Below the pieces are notes generated by a model, which searched no databases, had not been told where the DNA came from, and was given only the letters and a program-made list of their open reading frames with translations. The position numbers and the translations under genes were made by a program. A stretch of DNA of 64,000 nt from the human T2T-CHM13v2.0 reference genome, Homo sapiens, in NCBI RefSeq assembly GCF_009914755.1, contig NC_060930.1; one strand, 5' to 3'. This document shows positions 13,201 to 28,930 of the stretch, in pieces. Numbering within the stretch: position 1 is the first letter of the stretch; every line of letters begins with the position of its first letter.

Positions 13201-14720
13201 CACCAAATAACTTTTTTAAAGTACAGAATGTTAAGACTTATAGCAGATCAATAAATGCCTAGGAATGGAAACTGGGAATTCACATAGTGTTTTTTTTTTC
13301 TCCTGAATTGTCATTATTGTGTATATTCTTGAAGAAATAACTTATTTTTTTTAAGTTGATCTGCACTAGCAGACAAAAACATATAAAATATCAAAGTATT
13401 AACTGTTAAAAACAAAATTTATGATTATTTATTGTTAAAAATATGGAGTAGAGAGTGAGAGGCAAAGCAAAAAACAGTGGTATTTCTTTGTGTGGGTTAC
13501 AATTTCACATGGGGAAATTAAAATTTTGATAAGAACACAAGCCAGAAATGAAGTTAGCAATCACTTTTTGTGCTGTTAAAAAGTAATGAAACTGCTTCCT
13601 TTAAGAAGAACATACACACTTGGTAAGGAGTAGGAGGATAGGAATTTAGGTACAAGTAGTACTTGAAAGTTAGACTTCTCTTAGAACTTGTTGACCTGAC
13701 AGCTAATAATCACGTTAGGTTTTGAAAAATATATGTAAGAGAACTGGAGATTTTATAATAGTTTCTGTCTGTCCTCTATGCCCTGATACATACTACTATG
13801 TAGAGGGAATACCAAATGAAAAATCCAAAGGACCTGGGGACCTGGATCAGAGATTGTCAGGAAGGGATGCAAAAGTTTCTCTTCTCTCTACTCAATATAA
13901 GACTATTCTCAGTTATTATTTTTTATAGAGGAGAAAAATAGCTGAAAATTTTCAAAAGTGGCTACTTTAAAGTTATGAAGTAATTAGAAAATGCCGAGAA
14001 TTTTGCTTTAGTAAAAATCCAGTTCTTCTCTTTTTGATTGACTGTAACTTTTCTGAACTACAAACTTTCTGTTACATTAAGCATAATTGCAAAGGTAAAA
14101 TCTGGTAGATATGTTAGTTTCACTGATGCAAAGCTGTTTCTTGCTTGAGAAGCAGAAAGCGTATGGGGAAAGGAAAGAATCAATTAGGGGAAAGAGAAAG
14201 GAGTTGGAGGTTGAACATAATGTTATACTAGGAATTTTAAAGAAAAGTAGCATTCTAAATCATCGCCTATCCAATTTGATCATCAAAGATAAAAATACCT
14301 GTCTACTGGGCTAGACACCTTCATTCTGTTGCCACTCACAATAATACTCTTTCCAGGGAGAATTGTTTCTAACACCTGATTTGTAGAATCAGAGCCTATA
14401 ACTTTAAACAGACTAACCTAATTCCCATAGTATTTGAAAACCAGTAAATCTCTTGGCCCCTCGCTACACACAAAAGCCACTCCCAGCAGCTCCTCTGGGG
14501 GTTACAAGATCAATCTTAGACTTCAATCTCAGTCCTATTGTAGTCATGCTAAGGCACACTTAGGGATAAACCAAACAACTGATCCAAATCGGTGTTCATG
14601 TAGCTGGTGGGAGAGTGGTTAGATAAAGGGAAGATATTGCAGAAAGGAGAAGGGATGAAGATAATTTTATTGTGAAACAACACTTCAGGTTTTATTTGTC
14701 TAATACAAGAAATACAGAGA

Positions 14721-14868
14721 GGTTTGGGTGTGGTGACTTAGGCCTGCAATGCCAGCATTTTGGGAAGTCAAGGCAGGCAGATTACTTGAGCCCAGGAATT
14801 CAAGGCTGCAGTGAGCCATGACAGCGCCACTTGTATTCCAGCCTGGGCAACAGAGGTTATTTCGTCTT
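14721..14868 (+). mobile_element. Old Alu monomer (FAM/FRAM-like)
   Basis: A single diverged arm ending cagcctgggcaacagag...tctt, followed by a purine-rich tail. Confidence 0.75.
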
Positions 14869-15437
14869 AAAAGAAAAAGAAGGAAAGGAAGAAGGAAAGA
14901 AAGAAAGAGAGAGAGAGGGAGGGAGGGAGGGAGAAAGGAAGGAAGGATTGAAGGAAGGGAGGGAGGGAGGGAGGGGAGGGAGGGATGGAGGAAGGGAGGG
15001 AGGGAAGAGGAAGGAAGGAAGGGAGGGAGGAAGGAAAGAGGAAGGAAGGGAGGGAGGAAAGAGGAAAGAGGGAAGGAAGGAACGAAGGAAAGAAAGAGAA
15101 ACAAGAAGGAAGGGAGGGAGGGATAGGGGAGGGCAGGAAGAGGAAGGAAGGGAGGGAGGGAGGAAAGAGGAAAGAGGGAAGGAAGGAACGAAGGAAAGAA
15201 AGAAGGGAAAAAGAAAGAGAAACAGAAAGAAGAAAGAAGGAAGGGAGGGAGGGATAGGGGAGGGCAGGAAGAGGAAGGAAGGGAGGGAGGAAAGAGGGAG
15301 GGAGGAAGGAAGGAAGGAAGGGGGAAAGAGAAACAGAAAGAAAGAAGAAAAGGAAGGAAGGAGAGAAAAAGAGAAAGAAAGAAGAAAACAAAAGAAGAAA
15401 GAAAGAAAGAAAGAAAGAAAAAAGAAAAGCAGGAAAA
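14869..15437 (+). repeat. ~570-bp polypurine (GGAA/GGGA/GAAA) low-complexity tract
   Basis: Almost entirely A/G, with larger internal duplicated blocks. Confidence 0.95.
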
Positions 15438-15440
15438 CAC

Positions 15441-16040
15441 ATTATTATTAGGATTCTCCAGAGAAACAGAAACAAATATATATATATAATATAATAATAA
15501 TTATATATAATATTACATATTATATATATAATAAAAATGTATATATATATAGAGAGAGGGAGAGACAGAGAGAGAGACAGAGAAAGAGAGGTTTATTATA
15601 GGAATTGTCTCATAGGATTATGGAGGCCAAAAATTTCAGAATATGCTATCTGCAAGGTGGAGAACCAGGAAAGCCTGTGGTGTACTTCAGACCAAATCCC
15701 AAGGCCTGAGAACTTGGGGGGCCACTGGTGTAAGTCTGGAAATCCAAAATCCTGAGAACCTGGAGCTCTGATGTCTAAGGGCAGGAGAAGATGGATGGAT
15801 GTCCTAGCTCCAGAAGACTGTAAATCTGCTTCTCCTTCCCCTTTTTGTTTCAGCTAAGCCCTCAATGAATTGGATAATGCCCACTCGAATTGGTGAGGGA
15901 AAATCTCTTTACTCAGTTTACTGATTTAAATGCTAATCTCTTCTGGAAATTCCCTCACAGACACACCCAGAAATAATGTTTCGCCAACTATCTGAGTTTT
16001 CCTTAATCCAGGCAAGCTCATAGTAAAATTTACGATCACA
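15441..16040. mobile_element. ERVL-class (MLT2-like) LTR with internal (TA)n and (GA)n
   Basis: tattaggattctccagagaaacaga...ctcacagacacacccagaaataatgtt...aaaatttacgatcaca. Subfamily is uncertain. Confidence 0.7.
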
Positions 16041-16099
16041 ACATTATAGCAAAACTTCAGAGTATTTGCTTTGAGAGAAAAGGTATTCCTGGCACTATT

Positions 16100-16735
16100 T
16101 TAAAAATAATGGAGTTAGAACATGACTCCCCACCCCTTAGACATGGACTTCACATAGTGAATTTCTTCCAAAGAGTACAGTGTGGAAAAGGGGAAAGTAG
16201 AATAACTTTGCAGTCGAGAAATCAGTCAAATGCCAACTAAAACAGGTAACTAAGCTATCAACAGGGATAATTCATGTTCATTACATGTACCCTTGATGTG
16301 ATGTGATGAGAATGATCTTCCTCCCAAAATCCATAACCTCAATCTAATCATGAGTAAAATATTAGGCAAATTCCAGTTGAGAAAATACATGACTAGTGCA
16401 CCTCAAAACCATTAAAGTCATCAAAATGAATGACAGTCTAAAATTTGTCACAACAAGATTTAGAAGACATGAATACTAAATCTAATGTGATAACTTTATT
16501 GAGATATTAGAACAGAAAAAGGACATTGCGGAAAGTCTAAGAAAATCTAAAAACAGTATGGGCTTCAGTTAATAATATCAATATTGGTTTATTAGTTGTG
16601 ACAAATATACCATAGTAATGTAAGATGTTAACATTAGAGGAAACTGCTTGTAGGTTATATGGGAACTTTTTGTACGATTTTCTCAACTTTTATGTGAATG
16701 TAAGACTAATCTAAAATTTCAAAAAATTTAAAAAA
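16100..16735 (+). mobile_element. Old L1MC/MD-type 3' UTR fragment
   Basis: ttccaaagagtacagtgtggaaaaggg...ttagttgtgacaaatataccatagtaatgtaagatgttaac. Confidence 0.6.
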
Positions 16736-16830
16736 TTAGTTGACAACTACCAACAAATTAATATCGAAAGCCTTTGGAAATAGTTTTGACAGCTAGAACT
16801 ATTTCTTAGATAAATTATTTTGCCATTCTT

Positions 16831-17219
16831 TTTTTTATTATACTTTAAATTTTAGGGTACATGTGCACATTGTGCAGGTTAGTTACATATGTATACATGT
16901 GCCATGCTGGTGCACTGCACCCACTAACTCATCATCTAGCATTAGGTATATCTCCCACTGCTATCCCTCCCCCTCCCCCCACCCCACAACAGTCCCCAGA
17001 GTGTGATATTCCCCTTCCTGTGTCCATGTGATCTCATTGTTCAGTTCCCACCTATGAGTGAGAATATGTGGTGTTTGGTTTTTTGTTCTTGTGATAGTTT
17101 ACTGAGAATTATGTTTTCCAATTTCATCCATGTCCCTACAAAAGACATGAACTCATCATTTTTTATGGCTGCATAGTATTCCATGGTGTATATGTGCCAC
17201 ATTTTCTTAATTCAGTCTA
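16831..17219 (-). mobile_element. 5'-truncated L1PA2-like insertion (~390 bp)
   Basis: Antisense L1 3' end with gagatcacatgg, ggggaatatcacac and GAG (not Ta-type ACA) diagnostics. TSD GCCATTCTT at 16822-16830 and 17220-17228. Confidence 0.9.
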
Positions 17220-17849
17220 GCCATTCTTATATAGTTGTTATCATATTTATATACCAAACTGTAGGCCAAATGGACTAAAACATTAAATATTAATTAAATA
17301 TTGCAATAATAAGAATATATATTATGTCTCAGCAGAGAATTTTTCTAAGGTTTAATGTGGTAAAAAAATAATAAAAATTACTAAACAATGTGTTAGATAA
17401 CTCTATTAAAATTTTTAAATACATAAAGAACTCTAATGAATTCATATTTTAAAATCAGGCGTTCAGTAGCTGACTGAGAAAAAGGCATGAGTAATATACC
17501 TGAGAGTAAACAACAAGCAAAAAATACTTACATTTTACCTTGAGGGTAATCAATAAATTTTTTTAATGAGACATTAAAGACACTGTCTTGTACACAGTAG
17601 ATTCTCAGTAAATAGCAGTTAAATGTATTGACTATGTGTATGCATACATGTATAATTATATATAAGTATACATTTAGAAATATGTAATAATAGGATGACA
17701 GTCAAATGAATATACTCTTATATTGTTGGTGGCAGTGGAAAAACATGATAGCAATCTGAAAACAATTACTAAAACTATAAAAATGACCATTTATTTTGAT
17801 CTGTTACCTTATTTCTGAGAATGTGCTTACATACAGTTGTTATATATTG

Positions 17850-18560
17850 CTGCATAACCAGAAGCACAGATCTGTAGAGATTCAAAGGCTATAAGTAAAT
17901 AGTTGGCTAGATATTCAGGGGCTCATAGGGAACATGACAGGGAAAGTAGCCACAAGGAGGCCTGGGGAAAAGATATGTGGATAGACCTCTCCAAATAGGC
18001 AGCTATCTGAAGATATCTGAAGATATCTAGCTCATCAAAGATTGACTTCAGCAGAAAAAGAGCATTTTATTAAACAAGTAGATAGGATGACCCATTCTGT
18101 GAATTTCAGTCAGTGTCCTTCCCCAGCCACTCCTGTCATTGCCCACTGAGCTCATGAACAAAGTACCATGGTGACAAGGATGGAGGTTACACATTGATCA
18201 GCAATATGAACTCATTGACAGCAATCTGGCTGCATCTATTGCTGAGTGCCCCATTTACCAGCCTCAGAGACCAACACTGGGCCCGTGATGCAGCACTAGT
18301 CCCCTGGAGCATCAACCAATTGAACCATTTCCATCATAGAAGGAACAGTGCTTCTCCTTACTGAAATATATACTTACTCTGTATATGAATTTGCCTTCCC
18401 TCCCTACAATGCTTCTGCAAAAACTATCATCTGTTGATTTATACAATGACTTATTTTGATATTTCAAGGATAATAACTTCTAACCAAAAAATTCATTTCC
18501 CAGGAAATAAAACATGCTAATAGTTCCATGCTCATGGAATTATTGTTCTTACCATGAGCC
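17850..18560 (+). mobile_element. Degenerate ERVL internal (pol-region) fragment
   Basis: atgtggatagacctctcc, caagtagataggatgacccattctgtg, actgagctcatgaacaaagt motifs. No open frame. Confidence 0.6.
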
Positions 18561-18579
18561 CTACTTCTTTTCCCAAGTC

Positions 18580-19095
18580 TATATTAGTTGTTTATATCTA
18601 AATAACAAATTACCTCAAATTTAGCAGTAAATAATAACAAGCATTTATTATCTCAGTTTCTATAAGCCAAAAGTAAAGTTCCTAACTTAGCTGCATACCT
18701 CTGCTTCAAGGCCTTTCAAGAGGTTGCCTTTGGCCAGAATATGGTCTTATCTCAAGACTCAGCTGATGTTAGTGGGTGGAGGGGGGTGGGGTTCTACTTC
18801 CAGGCACACTCATGTTGTTATATGCAGGCCCTGGCTCCTTGCAACATGGGCCTCTCCATAGTGCCTCAGAACATGATAGCTGGCTTTTTCCGGGACAAAT
18901 AATTCAAGAGACAGTTAGAGAGAACATTCAAGTCAGAAGAATCCACAGTCTTTTTATAACCCAATCATCATTACCTCTGCAATACTCTTTTTGGTACAAG
19001 TGAGTCACTAAACCCAGATGCTAAATCCAGGGGATTCACACAGGGTGTGAATGTCAGGATGTGGAGGTCATTGGGAACCATCTTAGACACTGTTT
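18580..19095. mobile_element. MLT1-family MaLR LTR
   Basis: taacaaattacctcaaatttagcagt...cagggtgtgaatgtcagg...ggaaccatcttag. Confidence 0.6.
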
Positions 19096-21257
19096 ATTTG
19101 CTACACTAAGTAAATTTTAACAATTAAAATATTTCTTTTGTCATTATCTATAGTACCAGTGTATAATTTTAACAACTTAAATGAGAAACAGTAAGGAAAA
19201 AAGTCATACATTAAAATATTAGATAAAAAGTCCTTAAAATAGCTATATATACTACATGGCATAATGAAAAATTCTTGTAAAATAATCTTAAACAGAAAAG
19301 CAGAAAACAAAATTATGCAAATACAGACATAACAATGAATACTAGTAGGGAAGACGCAAAAAGTAAAGCAATGTTGTCAAGGTAGCATGATATAGTTAAG
19401 ATTTGTTTTTTTCAAAAATGTTTAATATTGTTTTTAAAACATTTGTACATTTTTTAAATGGGAGAAGTGGTGACATTGGCAATATTTAATTTATATTTTT
19501 TAGCTGGAAGCCGTCTTGTTCTCAATAAATGAATTTGTGTTAAGAACTATTATGAAATGGGCATGACAGAGTATGGATCACTCACTCCAAACCTTTTATC
19601 ACTAGTGGCATTAGGTTTTTAATAATATCATCTTGGTGTATAGAATGCACAATTTTGTACCTTATGTTTTATATATATTCTGAAACCAGTGTGTGAATAA
19701 CGAGGTATTCACACTGTTACTTCTGATTCAAAATGGCAGGTCAGCCATACATATTGAACTATTTTATTCAATGAAAATTGTGTCTGTTATCACACTAAAA
19801 GTTGTACTAACAATAGAGACGTTCTCTGAAACATTTTTAAGACAATAAATCAAGCCATCTGTAGTAATTTTTTTTTCTGCTTAGGGAATGATTATTAACA
19901 CATGGTAGTGTCAAGTGATTTTCATTTATCTTTCATTACGCAAGAAACAGTAGACTAGAAACTGATTTCTTCATTATGAATCAATAATTAAGGAATATTG
20001 ACTGCTGTCCTCTATTATGCTAGAAAAATTTTAAAATGCCCCTAAATAAATATAGAATAAGAGGATTTAAAGAAAAACTTAACAGGTAAGATACTATTAG
20101 TTCAGATTTCAACACTAAAGTTGTGATTAATATAGTTGGTTGTTTGATATTGAAAAAGGCCATAAAAAAGCCAATAATTAAGGCCTTATAGGGACTATAA
20201 CTAGCTATAAAAGTGAAAAAAATACATGTAACCACATATAATCATGTGATTCTGTTTGCATTTGTATGATAAACTGAAAAAAAGCTTTACCTAATGATCT
20301 TGACACTAGCACTGTTAACTTAAACTCTGCATGACTGAGTAGACTAAAAGGACTAGACACTGATTAAAAGTCTTTCTCACCTCACATATATGATTTTGAC
20401 ATAATTTTTAAATTGATTAATATCACGTTTTATTTCATTGCAACTTCTCTGGTTTCTGTGAAAAGTCTCTGATTATGGAATGTAGAAACAAATATCAATC
20501 CACCTGTTTTTGTATGTATGAATTGATTACAGGCATAGACTATTTAAAATGAGACTCCTCTAGATATGTAGAACATGTAATTTAATCTAGGACAAAGTTT
20601 AATAAACTAGCTGGTCCATGATTTACACTTTTGACTTGAGCTCACTAGCAGCAAGCATGCTGATCAAACAATAAAACAAATCTTTTGTGAAAAGAAGGTA
20701 GATTATTTAGGTAGGCAAGGTGCAACTCTGTAAATAACAGTCAATGACGGGACAAAATTAAACATTTCAGGATATAAAATTATGAATAGGAGATCATGCA
20801 TTATTGTATCTCTAAATCTCTTATTACTTAAAATTGAGAAATATCAAAATGACCTATTTTAAATAAAATACCATTATAAAAACCCGACCTCATATTTCTT
20901 AATGAATAGAAAAAGATTACAAATTTAGTGATAATATTTCAAAATATTATAGCTTAACCAACACATATTTATTTGTCTCAGGATATATTTAGTTTTCCAG
21001 ATATCAGATGAAAACATAAATGAACTAATAACACAATATCCCATCAGAATTTTTTAAATATAAAATTTTGCTTATACTTGCAACTGAATTGCTGCTATTT
21101 GGAACTCAAATGAAAATATTGCCTATAATGCTTATAATATCTGTAACACTTATAACACTCTAAGAGCAGTAGCAGGCCTGCTCCTGTGCCTAACTGCTGT
21201 CATCTTAGACACAACCACCTCTGATGCTTTCTAATTACTAACCTTAAGAGAAAATGG

Positions 21258-21650
21258 GGCCAGGAGCAGTGGTCATGCCTGAAATCCCATCGCTTTGAGT
21301 GGGAAGCCGAGGTGAGAGGATCGCTTGAGGCCAGGAGAGACCAACCTGGGCAACATAGTGACACCCTGTCTATTAAAAAAATAGCCAAGTGAGGTGGTGC
21401 ATGCCCATAATCTCAGCTACTCAAGAGGATGAGGCAGGAGGATTACTTGAGCCCAGGAGGTTTAGGCTGCAGTAAACTGATTGTGCCATTACACTCAAGC
21501 CAGGTGAGAAAGCAAGACAATATGAAAAAAAAAAAAAAAGGGGAGAAGAAGAGAGAGTAAACAAGGAAGGGAGGGAAGGAGGGAAGGAGGGAAGGAGGGA
21601 AGGAGGGAGGGCTGGAGGGCGGGAGGAAGGAAGGAAGGAAGGGTGAAAGG
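21258..21650 (+). mobile_element. AluJ with poly(A) followed by a GA-rich tract
   Basis: Diverged dimer with J-type words (ggatcgcttgaggccagg, aggctgcagt). A-tail to ~21539, then GGAA/GGGA repeats. Confidence 0.85.
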
Positions 21651-21694
21651 GAGGTATTTGGGCATGAAAATATTCAAATTTGTAAAGGCTATAA

Positions 21695-21923
21695 ACTTAA
21701 CAGCAGGCTACTGTACTGTAGGCAATTGTAACACAGTGGCAAGTATTTGTGTATCTAAACACACCTAAACATAGAAAAAGTAATGCATTGCACTATGTAA
21801 TGACATATGTCATTACAACCCTGACAATATTGCTAAGTGACATGAATTTTTCAGTTATAATCTTATGGGACCACTGTCATATATGTGGACCTCATTTAAC
21901 ATCATTATGTTGCATATGACTGT
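21695..21923 (+). mobile_element. Tigger3-like DNA transposon fragment
   Basis: actgtaggcaattgtaacacagtggcaagtatttgtgtatctaaac...ataatcttatgggaccactgtcatatatg...atgactgta. Confidence 0.65.
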
Positions 21924-23750
21924 ATGTTGACTACACACTTTGCTACTTCTCTCGTTTGGCTTTGCTACAAAGACGTAACCAATTTTAAAAGTTGATGTAA
22001 TTCTTTGGAGACATTTCTATGTTTTTAGAAACATTACATATGTTTTTAGTGAAGGTCTAAATAAATGGAATCATTGCTGATTATCTGATACTATTCATTT
22101 GAAAATTTACCTTGGTGATTCTTCCAGGCCAATACACATAAATCTGACTCATACTTTAATCCATTTAAAAGGTTTTATATTTGGATATTATAATTTATGT
22201 AATTATTGCTTATTGGTAGATACTTAGGTTGTTTCCATGGAGATGCTTCTAACCATGGGCATCCAGGAATCCATTGGTTTGATTTTCTCCTTTCATATCT
22301 CTCTCATGATCTTGTTTCAAATGCTGAAACTAGCTCACAAAGGCATTCCTTCAATAAACACCCAATCTAATGAAGCTTTATTATGATTTTCATCACTTCA
22401 GTGGTTGTAGGACTTTCAAAAATGACAATCTTTCTTCTTTCTTAATTTAACATGGAGCATGTTTATGCAATTGATTATGTTACTTGGGCATTGAATTTTA
22501 CTCCATTTTTAAAGATGAATATGGCCACCGTGTGTAGACTGCCAACTTGGCTCATACTGGACAAAATCACAATGAAGAAAATGTATGTCTAGATTGTTGG
22601 GACTGTTACCTATATCTCATATTATCTGGCCAATATGTAGCATTATTGCATAAGTATTATATAACGATCTGTTTTAATAGTCCCCAAAAGTATATCCAAA
22701 CCCATGTTGTGGTTTATTTGAGTTCTATTCCTAAAGAACAATTATTCAGGGTACACATATAAGGTCACCTAATCAATTCTGAAGTTTGCTTCGTTCGTGA
22801 TAGGCTAATCCTTTTTCCAGCTGACATGAACTTCACAAAGCCTCCTTCCGAGCCTCTGGTGTGAAGAATAATTAATAAGTTAATTCTATTTCTTACTATA
22901 TGAGACATCTCTTTATTTTCTATCCATCGGGATTGAGAAAAAACACTTCCTTTATTATGAACTAAAATTATAAAGTTACTTGCAAATAGATGTATTTTGT
23001 AGCAAATAGGCTATGATCTATTTTAATCACAATAGCAATGACAATTCTAGCAGGCGTCCCTTTCTGCTTGGTTGGTCAAGCAGTCAATTACCTGTGTCCT
23101 ACTTCAAAGCTTACCTGCTGCAGGCTGGTCCATGACCTCCATCTTCAATTTTATCATTCTACAGCTCTAAGTAGAAATGGGATCATCCCCACGTCTCCTT
23201 GCTTCACAGCAGTTCGTTGATTGTCTTCAAACTGTAAATTAGTTTTGCAAATTAGGTTAAAAAGTTCCCAAATATTCACTCTACTCTTCCCTCTAGCTAT
23301 TGTCCCAGTTTTCTCTCTTCTTTCATAGGGTTGTAGAAGGAAGGAACCTGACCACTGCCTCAGTTTTCTCACAACCTACTTTCTCCTCAAATACACAAAT
23401 CTAGTTTCCCTCTCTATATTCTAGAGAGAATGTCCTGACCACCAATTTTGTTAAAAAAAAAGTTTCCTGCTTGACTTTTAGAATTACTGTATAATCCTTG
23501 TGGATAATCTTCAAAAGATAATGAATTATAAAGATAACATAAACTATAGCCTCATAGAAATAAATACCACAAGTTTCTTTTTTTTTTCTTTTTGGTTCTT
23601 TTCACTGTCTTTATAAATGTAGCAGGAGCTTTTTTGATTGCCATTAAAATATTTTGGAAAATGTTACTCAAATGTGGCATTAATTTCATTATTAGTAGTT
23701 GTTCCTTAATTTCTAATTCTTCAGTATATATGGTATATATTGGTATATAG

Positions 23751-23928
23751 CATATATATTGTTGCTTGTGGCCTACAAGCAAGAAGGTATACCACATATA
23801 TTGGAGGTATACCATATATATTGTTGGTATACCATATATATTGAAGGTATACCATGTATATTGAAGGTATACCATATATATTGTTGCTTGTAGCCCACAA
23901 GCAAGAAGGTATACCATATATATTGGAG
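23751..23928 (+). repeat. Compound minisatellite: 20-bp units (GGTATACCATATATATTGNN) plus two hairpin-containing longer units
   Basis: GGTATACC at 23786, 23806, 23826, 23846, 23866 and 23908. Confidence 0.92.
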
Positions 23929-26900
23929 ATTTTTCAATATATATTTAATCATACATCATTGACCATGTGCCATAGTGTTTTTAATCAGATAGATTCCAAA
24001 AAGTAGACTTACTGGGTCAAAGAATGTTGGAAATTTTAAAGTTGCTAATAAAAATGGTCAAATTGTTAAAAGACACATTTTACATAATTTAGAATCCAAT
24101 TGCATTCTGAGTGCTCATTTTATGACTCTCTTAAAAGTATTGTTTATGTTTTAGACTTTTGCTAATCTGATAGATAAAAATAATTATTGCTATTGCAGTT
24201 TATGTTATTTGAATGGTTAATGGAATGAGCATGTTTATTAGTTATTGTTATAGGTTTGTCTGTTAATTTTGTATTCATGCAACTTTGCTGCAAATATTTT
24301 TCCTGGTTTGTTGTTAAACTTTAAATTTTATTCATAATGTTTCTGATGAGCAAAATCTTTTTATAATGTACTAGAAGCTTTCGACAGTAAAATCTATCAC
24401 ATCTATTAATATTTGCTTCTGTACTGTCTCTTCACATTTTTTGCCTTCACTATTTTCCTTTTTATCCTGCCACTTAACTGTGAGACATTAGGCAAGTTTA
24501 TTCATCTTTCTAAACCTCAAATGAAAATAATATATATACAAAAGGATAACAGTAAGGAGTAAATAATATTCTGAAGCACTCAGCAGCATCTGACTCACTC
24601 AGTAATTCGGATTCAAATTTATAGTTATGCTCCCAATAGCTTTAGCATATTTATTTTTAAATTCACTGCTGGTCTTATACTTTGTTTTTACTAAATTTTT
24701 AGAAATTATTGTTTATAATTTATTATTGATATAGCAAAGCTGTTAATTTGAGTATTTTAGCACATATTCAGACACAATGAAATTATTAATTCTACTGGTT
24801 TTAAAATTGAGCTTTTATAACTTTATTGTCTACACATTTAAATGATTTGTTTCTTTTTTCATTGTTTGTTGTATAAATTCTTTGATTCTTATTCTGTTGG
24901 ATCTACTTCCAAACCAGTGTGAAAGAATTATTGTTATAATGAGCATCCTTGATTTGTACTTTTTACTTCTGAGAATGCCTTTAGAGTTTCATCACTAAAT
25001 TTGATAGAACTATGAGTTCGAGACATTTGTTATTTTTTCTAATTTTTTTAGGGATTCCTATTGTAAAATAATTTTAATTAAGTAGAGTTGATACATTTCA
25101 GACTTTACCAGGTTTATAGAAATTATATTTCTCTCAATGATTTCCCAATGTTAATACCTATCTTAATTCCTTGAATGGACCCTGTTTTTAGTTGTAAGCA
25201 ATTTATCTTTCATGCACTAGTAATTTTATCCTAGTATTTTACTTAGTATTTTCAGATAAGTTATTTTGCCTTATGGTTATTTTTAACCATGTTTGCCAGA
25301 TGTTGCTCTCTGTGTTGTCTTAATTTTCTAAAACACACTACGTAGCTTTTCATCCTTTCCATTTCTGTAACATTTTATATGTATCAAGAAAGAACTTTAA
25401 TATAAAAAATTTAAAAACAAACCCTTCAATGTCTATGAGTTTTGTCCTCATTTGTTTATAGTTCTTTAATATTTTCTATTTCTTCTTTATTGAACAATGA
25501 AATATTTCTCCTGTTTCTTGCATTACCTTATCTTTTATGTTACATAAAGTTCGATGAGATCTTAATATTAATGTTTACAATAATATCAACTTTAATATTA
25601 AAGACAATAAATTATTTAATTAACTATTGCTGTCTTAATTTCTACATGGATTTTTATCTCTTCATTGAATTTGCTACAGTTTTTCTGCTACTCTCAAAAA
25701 GAAACATCTATTGGCATTATTGATCGATGACCAATTCTAAGGTTTCTTTTTTTCTAATTAACTTATTTCTTCTTTTATCTTTTTGGAAATGGTTTGATAT
25801 TTAAGGGTCCACAATGACTACCTTGTCTCCAAATCTAGTAACCTTCTGAACGCCTAAGAGCATTTCTCTTATTCCTTGAATATGTCTCAGCTAGACCTCT
25901 CTGGTGAAACACTCTCCTAGTTTTTCTGTCTACTTTCACTATTCCTCTTCACCTGATTTCAAACTTCTTGTTTTCTCTCCTAATCTCAAAAGTGGGCTTT
26001 CTCCAAAAGCAGCCTGTAGGTCTTATTTGCTTTGTAGACCCTATCCAACCTCACCCAATCACAGTCAAAAGTCAGTAAGCCTATATCCTCATATTGACAG
26101 TCTTAGTCTGTATTTCTAACTATAGGCTGAATATTTCCATTAAGAAGTTAAACTCTCAAAGTGAATTTGAACTCAAAGTGAAGTCACAAGCTTTCAAAAC
26201 AAAGCCCTTGTTGTGACTTCCATATTGCTATATAATTTCTATTATTTCTATATATTTTTATCTTGAAGTTATAAAAATCCTCATTCACTTCCCTGAGCTT
26301 CAGAAACTAATCCACTTCTGTATTTGTAGTTCACATGGTCTCACCTAAGCATCTCCTCTCTTCCGTATCTGACATCAGCCGAGCTGACAAGCAAGCCTTG
26401 TGGTTAAATGGACATCCAATCAGAAAAGTTTCAGTCTCCCTTAAATATATAAGTGATTCTCCTGAGACCCCCTCTTTTTCTTCTTTTGGATGAAATCCTG
26501 TCAATATCCTATTTGGGATGACCAATAAATGGTGCCCTTTTTTCCTTGGAAGACATTGGAGATTTTAATTAAGTAAAATTTCTTGAATGATGAAATCTTT
26601 GCACTATTAGGTAACGTGTGTTAACAGGTTCTCAAGAAAACCAAATAACATCTTGTTATATGTGCTTCCTCACAAAACACAGTCCAAAACTTGGAAGATA
26701 ATGTTACTAATAATTTTTTTGGTAGTGGAGTTGGTGGACACATAATATATTTTTTCTAGCATTTTATATTTTCTATTATGAACTTGAATTACTTTTATAT
26801 GAGAAAACAACACCCTGCCTGTGTGTATTTACTTTTAGTATCGTAGGACAAACAACATTGCTTTTAACACAAACATACTTAATTTTCAATCTGAGCTCTC

Positions 26901-27248
26901 TAATATACAGTGTAACTAGACACTATTACTTTATCTTCTACTTCCTCATCTCTACATTGGTGAAGAAATAAAAAGGTTTATTCCACAGAAATGTAAATAA
27001 GGCAACAAATTTTATCCTTCTACTAAGGCATAGTGGCATAGTCAGAGCTCATGAAATGTTGTTGTCACTTAAGAACAAAAGGAAGAAAATGTTGACAGAC
27101 CTCTCTGTGACTTCTGAGTTTAATTTTATATGATCATTTGATAGTAACTTTGTCATGCATTTTTAGATATCGCTTCTTTGTCGGTCTCAGAGTGGGACTT
27201 AAATGGTTCCTATCACTCTTTTCCAAACAATCTACTGCTTGAAGCCTA

Positions 27249-28930
<1,682 letters not shown>

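Noticed and set aside
14700-15475. Long overlapping ORFs (202-246 aa) on both strands
   Set aside because: They are artefacts of the stop-free GA-rich tract and give low-complexity peptides.
23751-23928. CRISPR-like array
   Set aside because: The units are tandem with no unique spacers, the DNA is eukaryotic, and no cas genes are present.
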